Source: Haliotis cracherodii
Lineage: Eukaryota
NCBI RefSeq assembly: GCF_022045235.1
Contig: NW_027266265.1
Location: 2,480,001 to 2,544,000, forward strand
Reading direction: 5' to 3'
Length of the DNA: 64,000 bases
Shown here: positions 25,564 to 38,490 of the stretch, piece by piece
Numbering within the stretch: the first letter of the stretch is position 1
Layout of the letters: the number at the start of each line of letters is the position of its first letter
Made by a program: the position numbers and the translations under genes
The notes under the pieces: model-generated
The model's input: only the letters and a program-made list of their open reading frames with translations
Told to the model about the DNA's origin: nothing
The model's database searches: none

Positions 25564-25932
25564 TATGCAGTCAGTCAATGAAAATTGCCGGGTAATTTTA
25601 ATACTTCATTCAGGGATAGCGACACGTATCACTTATATCCACAAACCAACATGTGCACATCAGCCTTGAAACAGATCTAATACTGTACCAGAACATTGTG
25701 TCAAATATACATACACATACAGGATACATGTGATATTGCGATTGATAATGGTTTGGTTAAAATACACATACACGTATTTTTCATATAAATGAGACCTTTC
25801 GACAGGATGAAGACAAAGGATAACAAGTGGGATCTATTGGATTTTTTAACGGATAAATATGCAAATAATAAGGTGATGTTGGTACTACTTTCAGTGTTTA
25901 CAAAGAAATGTGGCGTCCCCTTGTCTCTCAGA

Positions 25933-26166
25933 GATCGGCATTAAGTTTCTAAAACAAGGACGGGTCGGCTCGGAGTCAGTATACTGTGTCTGAGTGGGGT
26001 ATTCATGTTCAACTGCAGCATGGTATCTCAGTGAGCTAGCACTATAAATCGGCATCAGTCCGGACTAGTACAAGCAGCCACACAAACACACACACGTACA
26101 TGCACGTCGCTATATAAGTGCAATAATCTTGGACGCGACGTTAAACCCCATTTCACCTCACCTCAC
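25933..26166 (+). mobile_element. SINE family D (Meta-like), 5'-truncated
   Basis: Colinear with 43748-43979, including the CA tract and GGACGCGACGTTAAACC..(CACCT)n tail. Confidence 0.9.
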
Positions 26167-27599
26167 GTGTCTTTTTTCTTATGAACATATTTTATTATCA
26201 TATATTTTTTTTCTTTCATATGTATAGTGCGAAGCGACTGTGTAATATGAATTTCCCTTGGGATAATAAAGTCTTATCTTAAACATTTACATTAACATTT
26301 GTTACTACAAACATATTTTTATTATTTCCCTCTACAGTTACTTAATGTTCAACTAACCTTCTCCTAATGTGATGCTCCCTACTTGGGTGGTTGTCTGTGA
26401 GAGGCATGTCGATACGGATAAGTCCATGGACTCCCAAGTCCAATCAATAGAACGATCCACAAATAGACTGTACACAACCGACAGTGAAGGTCCCCGGGAC
26501 GAGACATTATCTCCAGCAGAATACAAAATAGAATCACATCCCTTTGGACAGACCAATAAAACCAGACGCACAAAAGTAGAACAATCTTACATCATTTAAC
26601 TCCCATAGCACAAATCTGATCAATCCAGATAAAAAAACAAACTCTGCAACAAAAATCGACGAACACTTAAACCTATTTTTAGATTGATATTTTGTCTGGT
26701 TCTTATATTAGGTAGTGAAGCACTATTAAATCAATTTTCGTCAAAACCGTAATGCACGAGAACTTAAAACGTACATCCGAAATACTAGCCTTGCTACATA
26801 CATACTGCACACAATAACGCAAAAACACTAAAAAAGAAAAAAAAATTCAATCATGTTGCAATTTACCACACATATAGATGTGTAAATATGTACTTGGAAA
26901 TTATTTTGAATACACTTGTTTCACAAAAAAGAAGTGAAAAACTACCAAGATCAGCAGTGGCAAACACGTCTTTGGTTTTCAGTTTCTGAGAGAAGCAGAT
27001 GTACCATCTACCAAAACATATTACATGACAATTGTGCAATCACTGTAAAACTGGTGGCATGGTTAGTTAGCCATGAAATAAGTTCCATATATATTTTTAC
27101 ATGAGTTGCCACACACAAATCAATATACGTGACTGCAGTATACTCTGCGTTAAGTGAAACGTTATGACAACTTTATTACTGAGGACAGGTTCAGGTGGCA
27201 AGCCATGATCAGCACATACTTATTTTCTTCGTGTAGTTGTGAATAAGACACTATTGACGTTGCCAAGAGCACTTTGCCCACCATGTGCATTATACTGTTG
27301 ACTTAGTAAACTTACATAGGCTATATATTTATAAAAAGGAATATTACGCTGAGTTCACATATATTTTTTTCAATTTAAGATAGTCCATGCAGTTGGTCGA
27401 AAAAGCAAAATAGCAGTGAAAATGATATGAATGGATCACTGAAATTCTGGAAATCCACCAGGTGTTCGCGAAAAGGGTAAGCATGTCAGTTAAAGCAACA
27501 AAACTGTTTTCATGACCACAAGCATCTCTGCTTAACTTAGGGTTCAGTGTGCGTTCTCGACTATAAGCATGCCTTAATGAATCACTATCAAATAGTGGT

Positions 27600-27705
27600 G
27601 GTATTACGTTCTCACAGAAAGATGAGCGTATCCTTCTCCACCGGTAGCACCATCACAAACAAATGCAAAGGCAAGTCTAGAAACACGGAACACATGGTAC
27701 AAGTC
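27600..27705 (-). mobile_element. Penelope-like 3'-end motif copy, inverted
   Basis: GATGAGCGTATCCTT.TCCACCGGTAGCACC.ATCACAAACAAATGCAAAGGCAAGTC is the reverse complement of the motif. Confidence 0.75.
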
Positions 27706-28794
27706 CATTATGGAATTAATTCAGGCATACATTTTGTAACACATATGGAAAAGGACAAAGGAACCAATACTGTCATTTGACGAGACACTAAACTACACTG
27801 TCAGTCGATGTCGTCAGTTTCCAGACATTAATATGCAACCTGATGTTGTGAAGAAATATGGCAAAAATATAGGGATTATAGTGAAGCAAGCATGGTCACA
27901 GACAATGTATGCATATCTATTATCCAATGACTGTCAGGGATAATGAAGGGGAACGCCACTACATACATATGGGTAAAACATGAGTGAGCTTAACAAACAT
28001 ACATTACACTTGTTTAATCTAAACACAAAATTTCGCGTAGATTGCATTAACATTCACGACCATCTGTCAATGTCAGTACTCTCGAACGTCTTGGCTACGA
28101 TGTGTGTTGGTAGCTCCACATGTAGCGAGTGATGTGGATTCACGATGAGCTACGACCAGAGCCCTACCTGTAAGACTGGCACATTAGACCAGCAGATGTG
28201 CTGATACAGCACATATTGCCTCTCTGATTGTACCCCCATAACAATAGTGGGTATTTATATGTTTAATGTCCTGTTATCGCAACCTGCTGTTTTAAAGACA
28301 GTGCATATGTGAGACTGTCTGTACATACAGTTATTGGGTGCATGTAAAATAACATTGCTCCCAGTTTAAGGGCATATGCTGAAACACGACGGCGCTCTGA
28401 CACTGATGAATGGTGTTTGTGAGCTGGATGTATTATCTTTCAAATTAGAGATAAACGTTGAAACGTCTTAAGCACAGCACACTTTATATCACCATTTCTA
28501 ATATTATGGCAGTGACTATCTGGTTTTCTTTGCATACAACATACGTTATGTATCTGGTCGTGTGTGTATCATCAGTTGTCGTCTATTTACGTACACACGT
28601 GGCAACTCGATAGCACCTTATCATAACTACAGTCAGTTTAGCATAAACTTGAATGGAACTCAGAACAAAGGTAATCTCCAGACAATAACGAAGAACGAGA
28701 TATATCTTGCACGAAATGCTCACAGTTGCTCGCTAGTTGTACGCTATTCTGTATTTTCACTTGTGCCATATATTCCCGTTTTTTAGGTTGACGA

Positions 28795-28975
28795 ATTGAC
28801 TTGCCTTTGCTTGTGTTTGCGACAGGTGCCACCGGTTGGCCAGGATGGGCTTGCCATTTCACGAAGGCATGATGTCATTTCATAGTGATTCATAAACACA
28901 AAATCGGAATCGCACAATAGACTCTGCTTTTGACAGTGCTTTCTTGTGAGTGTGGAGAGGGTTTTGTCGCTATTA
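28795..28975 (+). mobile_element. Penelope-like 3'-end motif copy (same insertion as 56138)
   Basis: GACTTGCCTTTGCTTGTGTTTGCGACAGGTGCACCGGTTGG.CAGGAT...GTGATTCATAAACACA...GGAGAGGGTTTTGTC. Confidence 0.8.
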
Positions 28976-29009
28976 CTATGATGGATCTGGCAGATTATTC
29001 TTCACAAGT

Positions 29010-29430
29010 ACCGATAATGTGACAAAGAGGCAACCAAAGACAGTGTCCCAAAGCCTGCTGCCGTTGGACATGAATGGGATTCCGATCTTGTGTACGCGCC
29101 AGGTAGGAATATTTACGATCTGGAAACGTTAAGTGGCGATATAGTGCTGTATTTAACAGAATGGTGAGAAAGGCTAAGCTCTAACTCTCTTACCAATCAA
29201 CACCGATGCTAAATCGATAGTTTTTGCTTCAGGGGGATATACAAGCATTTGTTCTGATCCCTCTTCAACACCAACGTCGTTATACGTCAACGGCAAGGAT
29301 CCTCTGATTAAGGGTGATCTGTTTTATGATACTATGTTTAAATGGTTAACCCGAGCAGTGCAACTGACGCGCCATATTGTTGAGTTGAGCTCTGAGCACA
29401 TGGCGCGTCCAATCTTCATCCTATCGTCAA
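29010..29430 (+). pseudogene. decayed reading frame, paralog 2 of the putative DEDDh exonuclease-like relic
   Basis: LVYAPGRNIYDLETLSGDIVLYLTEW*ERLSSNSLTNQ ... TSICSDPSSTPTSLYVNGKDPL..MFKWL; stops and frameshifts. Confidence 0.45.
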
Positions 29431-31378
29431 GGTACTGCCACCGATGACACATTTACAAGAACTTAATTCATAATCAAATCAGCATGTAGAACACATGTAG
29501 TTTACAACTATCTCCAGCTGTTCTGTTTTGAGGAAGTACAGGTAAAAAACAAATAGAACATGATGCGTATACACGGTAGTATGATGACAAGGTAAAACAG
29601 ACACGTTGCCTTAAAGAATACAGCCAAGCCACATAACAATCCATAGTCCTGACGGTATCTAGATTTGACAACTCAGATGTCCAACTGAAAGTCATCGTAA
29701 AACCGCTGCCAACAAAGTGTTGAAGGGCTTAATGTCGTTTTAACCGATTGATTAAAAGCAACCCGGTGACAGAAGAAACGTCACAATAACACCCAGATGC
29801 TTTATATTCCTTTAACAGCAGTTGATTAAAACCCGATGTAACATCTCAAAGTATAGAACTAGTTTATTTGTGTAAATGCGGACACGATTTATTCAGGATA
29901 CCAGATGCTTGGATGAGAACATGTTATACCTTGGGGTCATCACAGACAGGATGGTGTAGAGGGGAAAAACACTTCAAAAGACAAATATGAATATGAAGTG
30001 AATAATGCCGTTTCAACTACAAAGACCAGAGTGAAGTGAATAGTGATTGTGTTCCTCTGATCTTTATATAAATCCCCCTAAACCACATGTTACTGAGGAT
30101 GACATGCAAGACAAGGAGCAAGATTACATGGTTCATGTCTAGCATGTCTAGCATATCATCAGTAACTGCTAACTTATGGACTTCAGTTCTTTGGTTCAAG
30201 GGAAGTTTTTATTCTTAGTTACCTGATTAAGGACGTCTTGGAAAAAACTCTCACTTGTCTATTGTCACAAGTCATCGGCAGTTCTGTCTGAAAGATGAGA
30301 TTTACACAAGATTGTAAAATGAAAGCAAACCCTTAATTGTGTCCTTCCGTACTTGCTGCATACAATGCTGCTTGGTCATAAGTTCAATGCGCTGGGCTTG
30401 TCATGCTTGCGTGCAACTACACAGGCGAGGCACCAATCCTGATTATTGTTAGATACGGTGTTTCCAGTAACTGTACCAAGTCTCATGCTCTGTCACGATT
30501 TTTAACCTCGGCCACAAGACTATTTGGTTACATGATTACTACTGTATCCGCACTTGTTCACTGATATCACACTATGGTGTTTTATCAGATGGGTATTTAT
30601 GCTCAGTAGAACTATATTTCTTGTGGCCGATGTAATTAATATCCAGCTCTGTAATTAATCTGCTGAGGCACCGGTCGATGTCATCGTCGTAATTTATAGC
30701 AAACGCTTCTGGAAGATATATTTGATATTTCCTGTTTTTGTCTTGGTAATTACCCGATATAAATCACTTACCTGATGACGTGCATCACTCTGCTGACATG
30801 GAGTCTTTATTGTGTGACATGATGAGATTGAAGGATGAATAATCACATATCATAGAGCGATGTCACGTTTCAGCCATACCACGACAATAAGGCATGCTTC
30901 ATGGAATAGCAATACCAATGCTCATTAGAGATGTGGACTGAACGCAACAGCTATTTGGCGTCAAGATTAATCTGTATTGTCCTTGTACAGTTAATACAAC
31001 TTCTACAAGCTTGACATCAGCTGGCGACCTGTTATTCCCCTGGGCGACTATGAGTTAGTGAGTGTTTTGAAAATCAAAGCACCCTAAAAGTATTTCAGTT
31101 GTATAATTGTGTTGCCGATTAACGTGGAAGGTCACTCAAGCATGATACAGGTCGTTTACTAGATTGTTGAAACCCACGAGCAAAGTTTTATTACTCGCAA
31201 ACACATAATACTTATCTTCCAAATCCGGGATTCGAACATAAAATCCTTGGATCCTGACGCTCAACACTGAAAGGTGCTGTACTGTTGTCCACTGGGTCTC
31301 AAACTCATTTACCAATACCTATATATCACATCTTCCGGCAACATCAAGCATGTGTTTATCTTGAAACCATATAAATTT

Positions 31379-31546
31379 GAGTGTGAGTGAGTATGGTTTT
31401 ACTCCGCTTTTTGCAATATTGCAGCAATATCACGGCGGGGGACACCAGAAATGGGATCCACACCCTGTACACCTTTTGATACTCGAACCCGGGTATTCGG
31501 CGTGACGAGAGAACGCTTTAACCCCTCGGTTACCCCACCGCCCCCA
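31379..31546 (-). mobile_element. SINE family A copy (same site as 63047)
   Basis: GTGAGTGAGTATGGTTTTAC.CCGC...CGAACCCGGGTATTCGGCGTGACGAG..AACGCTTTAACC..TACCCCACCGCCCC. Confidence 0.9.
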
Positions 31547-31730
31547 TATATATGCAGACGCTGTACAAAGAGAAACCAGTTGAATCTGTTCAAGGTCCTC
31601 ACATGTATTCAAGTGTTGTGTATTAGTACTGGTAAATAAAGTAATGAATATTAAGGTCATAGAGATCAGTGTTGATTTCATGGGAAACAACCAGCGTCAC
31701 TGGCGACACGTACATATTTCTAATCAAATA

Positions 31731-34700
31731 CCAATTAAGGTATGTGGATCACTGCTGATCCCGTGCATTAATGATAATTCGATGATAATTTCACAAACAA
31801 ATCACTCAGGTTGTGAAGATCCTCATAATTCCTGCAGCTAAGTAGAAGGGAATATCAGACAATATCATACCAAGAATGAACTGGCTCAGCTCTGATTACA
31901 ACCGGTTTGTTTGTATGCATGGGTTATTGCGTGGAGTCAGGAGCTCAGGCGGGACAATTCTTGAGAAACATTCCTATAAACCAACAGAGCTACACATATC
32001 CACCGCATCCGCTCATACATGTTACATAAATACCTCATTTGTCGTGGTCACGATCGATACACGCCAAGAATGTTCCATAGCTCCATTACTTCACAGAGAA
32101 TCATTACGAATGAGGAAGTGTATCCGCGGAATGTTCCTTCCTGTTTGGAGTCACCGACATGTTGAAAATAAGTTGGCATTTTATAAACCATTTTGTGTAC
32201 AATGCAATTCCCTTATTTAACTAATGTTTTCGAGTTTTTTAGATGATTCGTAAGTACAAGCTTCTGATACAGTCGGACTCTGTTTTTAGCAGACATTTCT
32301 TATGATTCTTGAAAGGGTTTTGTAGCTTTTAATCAAGCGGCTGTCAGTATTGTATGAACAACCCTTACTTGTCAGGCATGAACGAAGCAGAGCCTGCAAC
32401 CATAACCCGCAGAACAAACAGAAGCACTGACACCCGTTAATCAGCTAAGCTGTCCTTGAAACGGTGCCACATTCTATCCCAATCAGAAAGCCATCAAACA
32501 AAGTACGCATCACGACGCTCTCACATCTGGAATAACACATACAACATAAAAGGATTACCTGGATGTGGTATTAATAAGGTATTACATTGACGCATTAGCG
32601 ACCAAAATGGGTTCCGATATCGATACAATTGCCTATTTTAACGTGTGTCATATGTCCCTGTGTTTGTTCAGCGTGAGTTCTTCGAATGTGGGATATAGTT
32701 AAGGACGGATCAACTAATTAACGTCTCTTACAACTGAAAATGACAGCAAGCCGAGAACTACGGCCCTCACACGTTATGATCCAGTATTGTGCCTGGCTTT
32801 GTGTTGGTCAAAGGGCTTTGTGCCGGAGTTGCAGTATTGTTCAACACCTCCTTCTTTGCAGCTGTGTGACAGAGCTCAGGTTCCCGTGATGTGTTGTTCT
32901 CAGTTGCTACACCCCCCATGCCTCTGAGGTATTGATATTGTCAACCATCGTGTAAGCTCATCATATACTTGTTCTTGATCATGGTCCTGATTCTGCTGAT
33001 ATAAAGTGTCCACATCAGACAGTGCATCTCTATTCATCCATCCTGGGTATTCCACTGAACACCTGGGCTGATTAATTTGGACAAGTGGTGGCGCGGGTTG
33101 AAGAAGGTTCTCACTTTGTGTTTCACTGGTTTAGGTGGTCACGGTAATACAGCGATATAACTCTGAAACTGGGTGTTATCATAGTTAACTCCCTCACATG
33201 ACTGTTATCACAGTTAACTATGACTCAGTACTATAGTTAGAAATGACGATAATATGTTTATTCAGAGTTTCATTAAGGTTTGGCAACCCAGTCTGTGATA
33301 CGTGCAGGATCCAGTCAATTGCGAAATAAAACCCATGGAGAAAAAACACCCATTAGAACAGGGGACGCCTCCAAACAGACTCCTGACGTCCCAATAGTGA
33401 TTATTGGTAAATAAGGCAATATGCAAATAGAACGAATCTTTTCTCACATGAAATGAAGAAACTTCCAGTTATCCAAAATCAAGAACACATACGTGTGTAA
33501 CACAAACCCATGTTGTCCGCCGCTCCAAAGAACACGATTCCCAACATGGGTACAATGTGTGAAGCCCATTTTTCTGGTGTTCCACACCGTGATATTGCTA
33601 GAATATTGCTAAAAGCAGCGTAAAACCATACTCTCTCACACACCAAGTTGTCCTGCGATGCATTGAAACCCCGAATGCGTAAAACATATGGTTAAATATA
33701 AATTATCTTACATGCGCCAAATACAATTCTTTCTTCGAGAATCTTGTCTGAGTAGCATCACATCATTTCAGGTCCTATGCTTTTGGAAAGATTAGATTCG
33801 ACATCCCAGAAACAGAAGTACAATATGATGAAACCTGTTTGTACAGACATAAACAAACTTGGTGAGATCATTTGATAAATGTGGTAGTTGGCTGTATTAT
33901 GTTCAATTTCCATGCAACATGTTATCCATAACCGCATGATTTGTTATTTAATAAAAATCGTTTCGAAAACATAAAGGTGTAACGTTCAAATGATATGGGT
34001 TTTTTTGTGGACTGTTTTATGGATGGCATATCAAACAATAAATGCCAATTAAGGTATGTGGATCACTGCTGATCCCGTGCATTAATGATAATTCGATGAT
34101 AATTTCACAAACAAATCACTCAGGTTGTGAAGATCCTCATAATGCCTGCAGCTAAGTAGAAGGGAATATCAGACAATATCATACCAAGAATGAACTGGTT
34201 CAGCTCTGATTACAACCAGATTGTTTGTATGCATGGGTTATTGCGTGGAGAAGCTGAGTCAGGAGCTCAGGCGGGACAATTCTTGAGAAACATTCCTATA
34301 AACCAACAGAGCTATACATATCCACCGCATCCGCTCATACATGTTACATAAATACCTCTTTTGTCGTGGTCACGATCGATACACGCCGAGAATGTTCCAT
34401 AGCTCCATTACTTATCAGAGAATCATTACGAATGAGGAAGTGTATCCGCGGAATGTTCCTTCCTGTTTGGAGTCACCGACATGTTGAAAATAACTTGGCA
34501 TTTTATAAACCATTTTGTGTACAATGCAATTGTTCTCGAGTTTTTTAGATGATTCATAAGTACACGCTTCTGATACAGTCGGACTCTGTTTTTAGCAGAC
34601 ATTTCTTATGATCATTGAAAGGGTTTTGTAGCTTTTAATCAAGCGGCTGTCAGTATTGTATGAACAACCCTTACATGTCAGGCATGAACGAAGCAGAGCC

Positions 34701-36337
34701 TGCAACCATAACCCACAGAACAAACAGAAGCGCAGACACCCGTTAATCAGCTAATCAGCCTCATTCTATCCCAATCAGAAAGCCATCAAACAAAGCACGC
34801 ATCACGACGCTCTCACATCTGGAATAACACATACAACATAAAAGGATTACCTGGATGTGGTATTAATAAGGTATTACATTGACGCATTAGCGACCAAAAT
34901 GGGTTCCGATATCGATACAATTGCCTATTTTAACGTGTGTCATATGTCCCTGTGTTTGTTCAGCGTGAGTTCTTCGAATGTGGGATATAGTTAAGGACGG
35001 ATCAACTAATTAACGTCTCTTACAACTGAAAATGACAGCAAGCCGAGAACTACGGCCCTCACACGTTATGATCCAGTATTGTGCCTGGCTTTGTGTTGGT
35101 CAAAGGGCTTTGTGCCGGAGTTGCAGTATTGTTCAACACCTCCTTCTTTGCAGCTGTGTGACAGAGCTCAGGTTCCCGTGATGTGTTGTTCTCAGTTGCT
35201 ACACCCCCCATGCCTCTGAGGTATTGATATTGTCAACCATCGTGTAAGCTCATCATATACTTGTTCTTGATCATGGTCCTGATTCTGCTGATATAAAGTG
35301 TCCACATCAGACAGTGCATCTCTATTCATCCATCCTGGGTATTCCACTGAACACCTGGGCTGATTAATTTGGACAAGTGGTGGCGCGGGTTGAAGAAGGT
35401 TCTCACTTTGTGTTTCACTGGTTTAGGTGGTCACGGTAATACAGCGATATAACTCTGAAACTGGGTGTTATCATAGTTAACTCCCTCACATGACTGTTAT
35501 CACAGTTAACTATGACTCAGTACTATAGTTAGAAATGACGATAATATGTTTATTCAGAGTTTCATTAAGGTTTGGCAACCCAGTCTGTGATACGTGCAGG
35601 ATCCAGTCAATTGCGAAATAAAACCCATGGAGAAAAAACACCCATTAGAACAGGGGACGCCTCCAAACAGACTCCTGACGTCCCAATAGTGATTATTGGT
35701 AAATAAGGCAATATGCAAATAGAACGAATCTTTTCTCACATGAAATGAAGAAACTTCCAGTTATCCAAAATCAAGAACACATACGTGTGTAACACAAACC
35801 CATGTTGTCCGCCGCTCCAAAGAACACGATTCCCAACATGGGTACAATGTGTGAAGCCCATTTTTCTGGTGTTCCACACCGTGATATTGCTAGAATATTG
35901 CTAAAAGCAGCGTAAAACCATACTCTCTCACACACCAAGTTGTCCTGCGATGCATTGAAACCCCGAATGCGTAAAACATATGGTTAAATATAAATTATCT
36001 TACATGCGCCAAATACAATTCTTTCTTCGAGAATCTTGTCTGAGTAGCATCACATCATTTCAGGTCCTATGCTTTTGGAAAGATTAGATTCGACATCCCA
36101 GAAACAGAAGTACAATATGATGAAACCTGTTTGTACAGACATAAACAAACTTGGTGAGATCATTTGATAAATGTGGTAGTTGGCTGTATTATGTTCAATT
36201 TCCATGCAACATGTTATCCATAACCGCATGATTTGTTATTTAATAAAAATCGTTTCGAAAACATAAAGGTGTAACGTTCAAATGATATGGGTTTTTTTGT
36301 GGACTGTTTTATGGATGGCATATCAAACAATAAATGC
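31731..36337 (+). repeat. recent head-to-tail tandem duplication of ~2.3 kb (31731-34044, 34045-36337)
   Basis: Both units start CCAATTAAGGTATGTGGATCACTG and end GGCATATCAAACAATAAATG; constant offset of 2292 over the distal ~1.55 kb. Confidence 0.98.
33519..33642 (+). mobile_element. SINE family A truncated copy (duplicated at 35811-35934)
   Basis: CGATTCCCAACATGGGTACAATGTGTGAAGCCCATTT...GCGTAAAACCATACTC. Confidence 0.85.
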
Positions 36338-36789
36338 TCCATCAACATTTGACAAAGATATACAGATATACAACAGAAGATATTTTACAACATGCAGCTT
36401 ATTTGGCATCACAATTAAACTTTTCAAATGGCTGATTTCATGACAGAAAATCAGAGAAGTCTAGGCTGCATTTTTTTTTTTAAACTTTTAAACTGCCCCA
36501 TCAACAAAGTTAACACATACTTTTTCTGTAAGAGTGGAATATTCCATACCCAACAAAAACAGATTAAAATACAACGTCTGGACAATTTAAACTGTCCGCT
36601 TTCCCATTTTACTGTAAGTCAGTTATCATGGTTCTGATATTACCCAATGTGCATGTAAAGAAAACGAAAATTGTAGACATGTGGAGGACATTTCCAAGAT
36701 TTGACGCATGGGTGACATGGTGCACGTGTCCCATGCCATTCCTTCTTTTGACTGGTACCACATGTTACCGTGTGTTGTTTTCAGGGGGA

Positions 36790-36950
36790 GACCTTTGCAT
36801 GTGTTTGTGATGAGTGCCATCGGTGGGGCAGGATACGCTCACATTTGTGCGAACATCTTGTTTCATCGCTGTTAGGTGCTGATTCGTAGACACATGCTCG
36901 GCTTTTAACATATGTTTCTTGTGATTATGGAAAGGGTTATCGTGGTTTTA
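36790..36950 (+). mobile_element. Penelope-like 3'-end motif copy
   Basis: CCTTTGCATGTGTTTGTGATGAGTGCCATCGGTGGGGCAGGATACGCTCACATTTGTGCGAACATC...ATGGAAAGGGTT. Confidence 0.8.
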
Positions 36951-37079
36951 CAAAGAGGGTTTTGGTGATCCTGTCACAGTCAGACTGGTTTGGCTCATCA
37001 TCAGCTCAGGTTCTTGTCACCTCTACCCGCAGCCCAGACAGCAAAGGGAACTTCTCACAGGAAGCGCTGACCAGTCTAA

Positions 37080-38350
37080 CCCACCAAGAACTTTTTGGAG
37101 AATGTGAAGATAGGAAGACTCCCCAACACTGCAGCCTTCTGCATTACCCAGATAGTCAGAAGGTCTGCATTCCTGGTAGCAAACCTGTGTATTCTCCCAA
37201 TGTCAGTCAACAGATTGGGAGGTACCAAACCTAAGGCACCGAGAACAATGGGGAGTCGATCGGACAACTTGGCACTTGGGATGCAAGCGTGACATTTCGA
37301 AAGCGAGGTCAGTATAATTGCCATGCTTTTACTGAATCTTGTCAATCGCATTAGTTTCAAAAGGGACAGAAAATTCGATGATATAAATGATTTCATTGGA
37401 TTTATCGAAAAGGACATGATCAAGCTTGTTTGCCTGGATAGGATCTGAGGCTCGGTACGGGCCTATTCCAAAGAATTTTGTATTTATCATTTTCCACAAC
37501 GCTTTTCTACATATTCTGGGTTGTGTCATGGATTGACCTCAGGGTCAAAACACCAGCATGGCGAAGACTGAAATAAAATGATCGAGCCACTCCATAATGT
37601 CGCTTAAGATACTGCGCTTGTGCCAAAGGTGGGCAACCACTGACAATGTGTCAGACGTTCTCATTACATTCATTGTATATTCATTTCATATTTACATTTT
37701 GATGAAAAATCACACATTGACGGTTTCGTGAGGTAAGTGACTGTTCCCGAGCAGCAAGCAGAAAGTCTTCTGTTTCATTTTTAGGCCAGCCGACTTCATC
37801 CAAGGGGGAGGACGCTGCAGGGTTGCTGATCTTCTCAACACACTGTACATAAACTCGATGCAGTAGTCATTCAGCCTCTCCCTGAAAAACTGAGTCTGGA
37901 AAGGATTTGATATGACACTTCGCTTGGGTGACACTCATTCCTGTACCGTCCAGCAGCACCGAACTATCAACAAAACCAACATCGACATTGAGATAATGAC
38001 CTACGTCCTTGGCTCGTTTAAGAAAATGGTCGAATGCCTTGTTTTCATCTTGACATGCTTCACAAGAGGATCATCAGACAAATAGATTTGTGCCAAAGTG
38101 AACAATACAATTCCTGTTATGAAGAGCGTCCACGTTCGTCAAACCACGCCCTCCCATTTTAACTGGTAGATATAAGCGATTGAGGGAAGAGTGAGGGTGG
38201 TGGGATCTACTGTCTGACATGATGCTCCGTGTGAGGGTGTCAGTAGAATGCATTTCTTGTTTTGTCCAATCAACAACACCAAACAATATGACAGGACAGG
38301 TACCGCATAAGTATTTGTGGCTTTAACTTAATTACAAGCGTTCAGCTCTG
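37080..38350 (-). mobile_element. R4/Dong-like non-LTR retrotransposon relic (RT thumb, CCHC, restriction-like endonuclease)
   Basis: NTYAVPVL.Y.FGVVDWT..HHPHSSLNRLYLPVKMGGRGL; HIVSGCPPLAQAQYLKRH; ANKLDHVLFDK..IYIIEFSVP (PD-(D/E)xK-like); PIVLGALG..MQKAAVLGS. Confidence 0.9.
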
Positions 38351-38364
38351 AACTCCGGAGACAA

Positions 38365-38490
38365 CAAGGGCTGTCGGTGATAATGAATGAGAATGGTGCA
38401 GGATCCGCTGACATTTTCGCGAGCCCCTGGTATCATCACTGTTTGGTGGTGAACGTGGACGCATGCTCGACGTTTAGAAGTGGTTTCTTT
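38365..38490 (+). mobile_element. Penelope-like 3'-end motif copy
   Basis: GGTGCAGGATCCGCTGACATTTTCGCGAGCCCCTGGTATCATCACTGTTT. Confidence 0.7.

Larger units (their letters stand above)
27800..33725 (+). repeat. segmental duplication unit, paralogous to 54570-63710
   Basis: Colinear blocks 28300-29900 ~ 55645-57255, 29980-30390 ~ 58620-59020, 30430-31350 ~ 62360-63020, 31380-31920 ~ 63050-63590, 33645-33725 ~ 63625-63710. Confidence 0.9.

Noticed and set aside
26338-26599. Possible terminal exon (TTCCCTCTACAG acceptor, 76-aa ORF)
   Set aside because: No recognisable domain and no partner exons; it could equally be decayed LINE sequence.
28395-28430. Hammerhead ribozyme cores (CTGATGA at ~3121, 28403, 50727, 55753, 60114)
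   Set aside because: No correctly spaced GAAA with stem II and no stem I/III pairing could be built.
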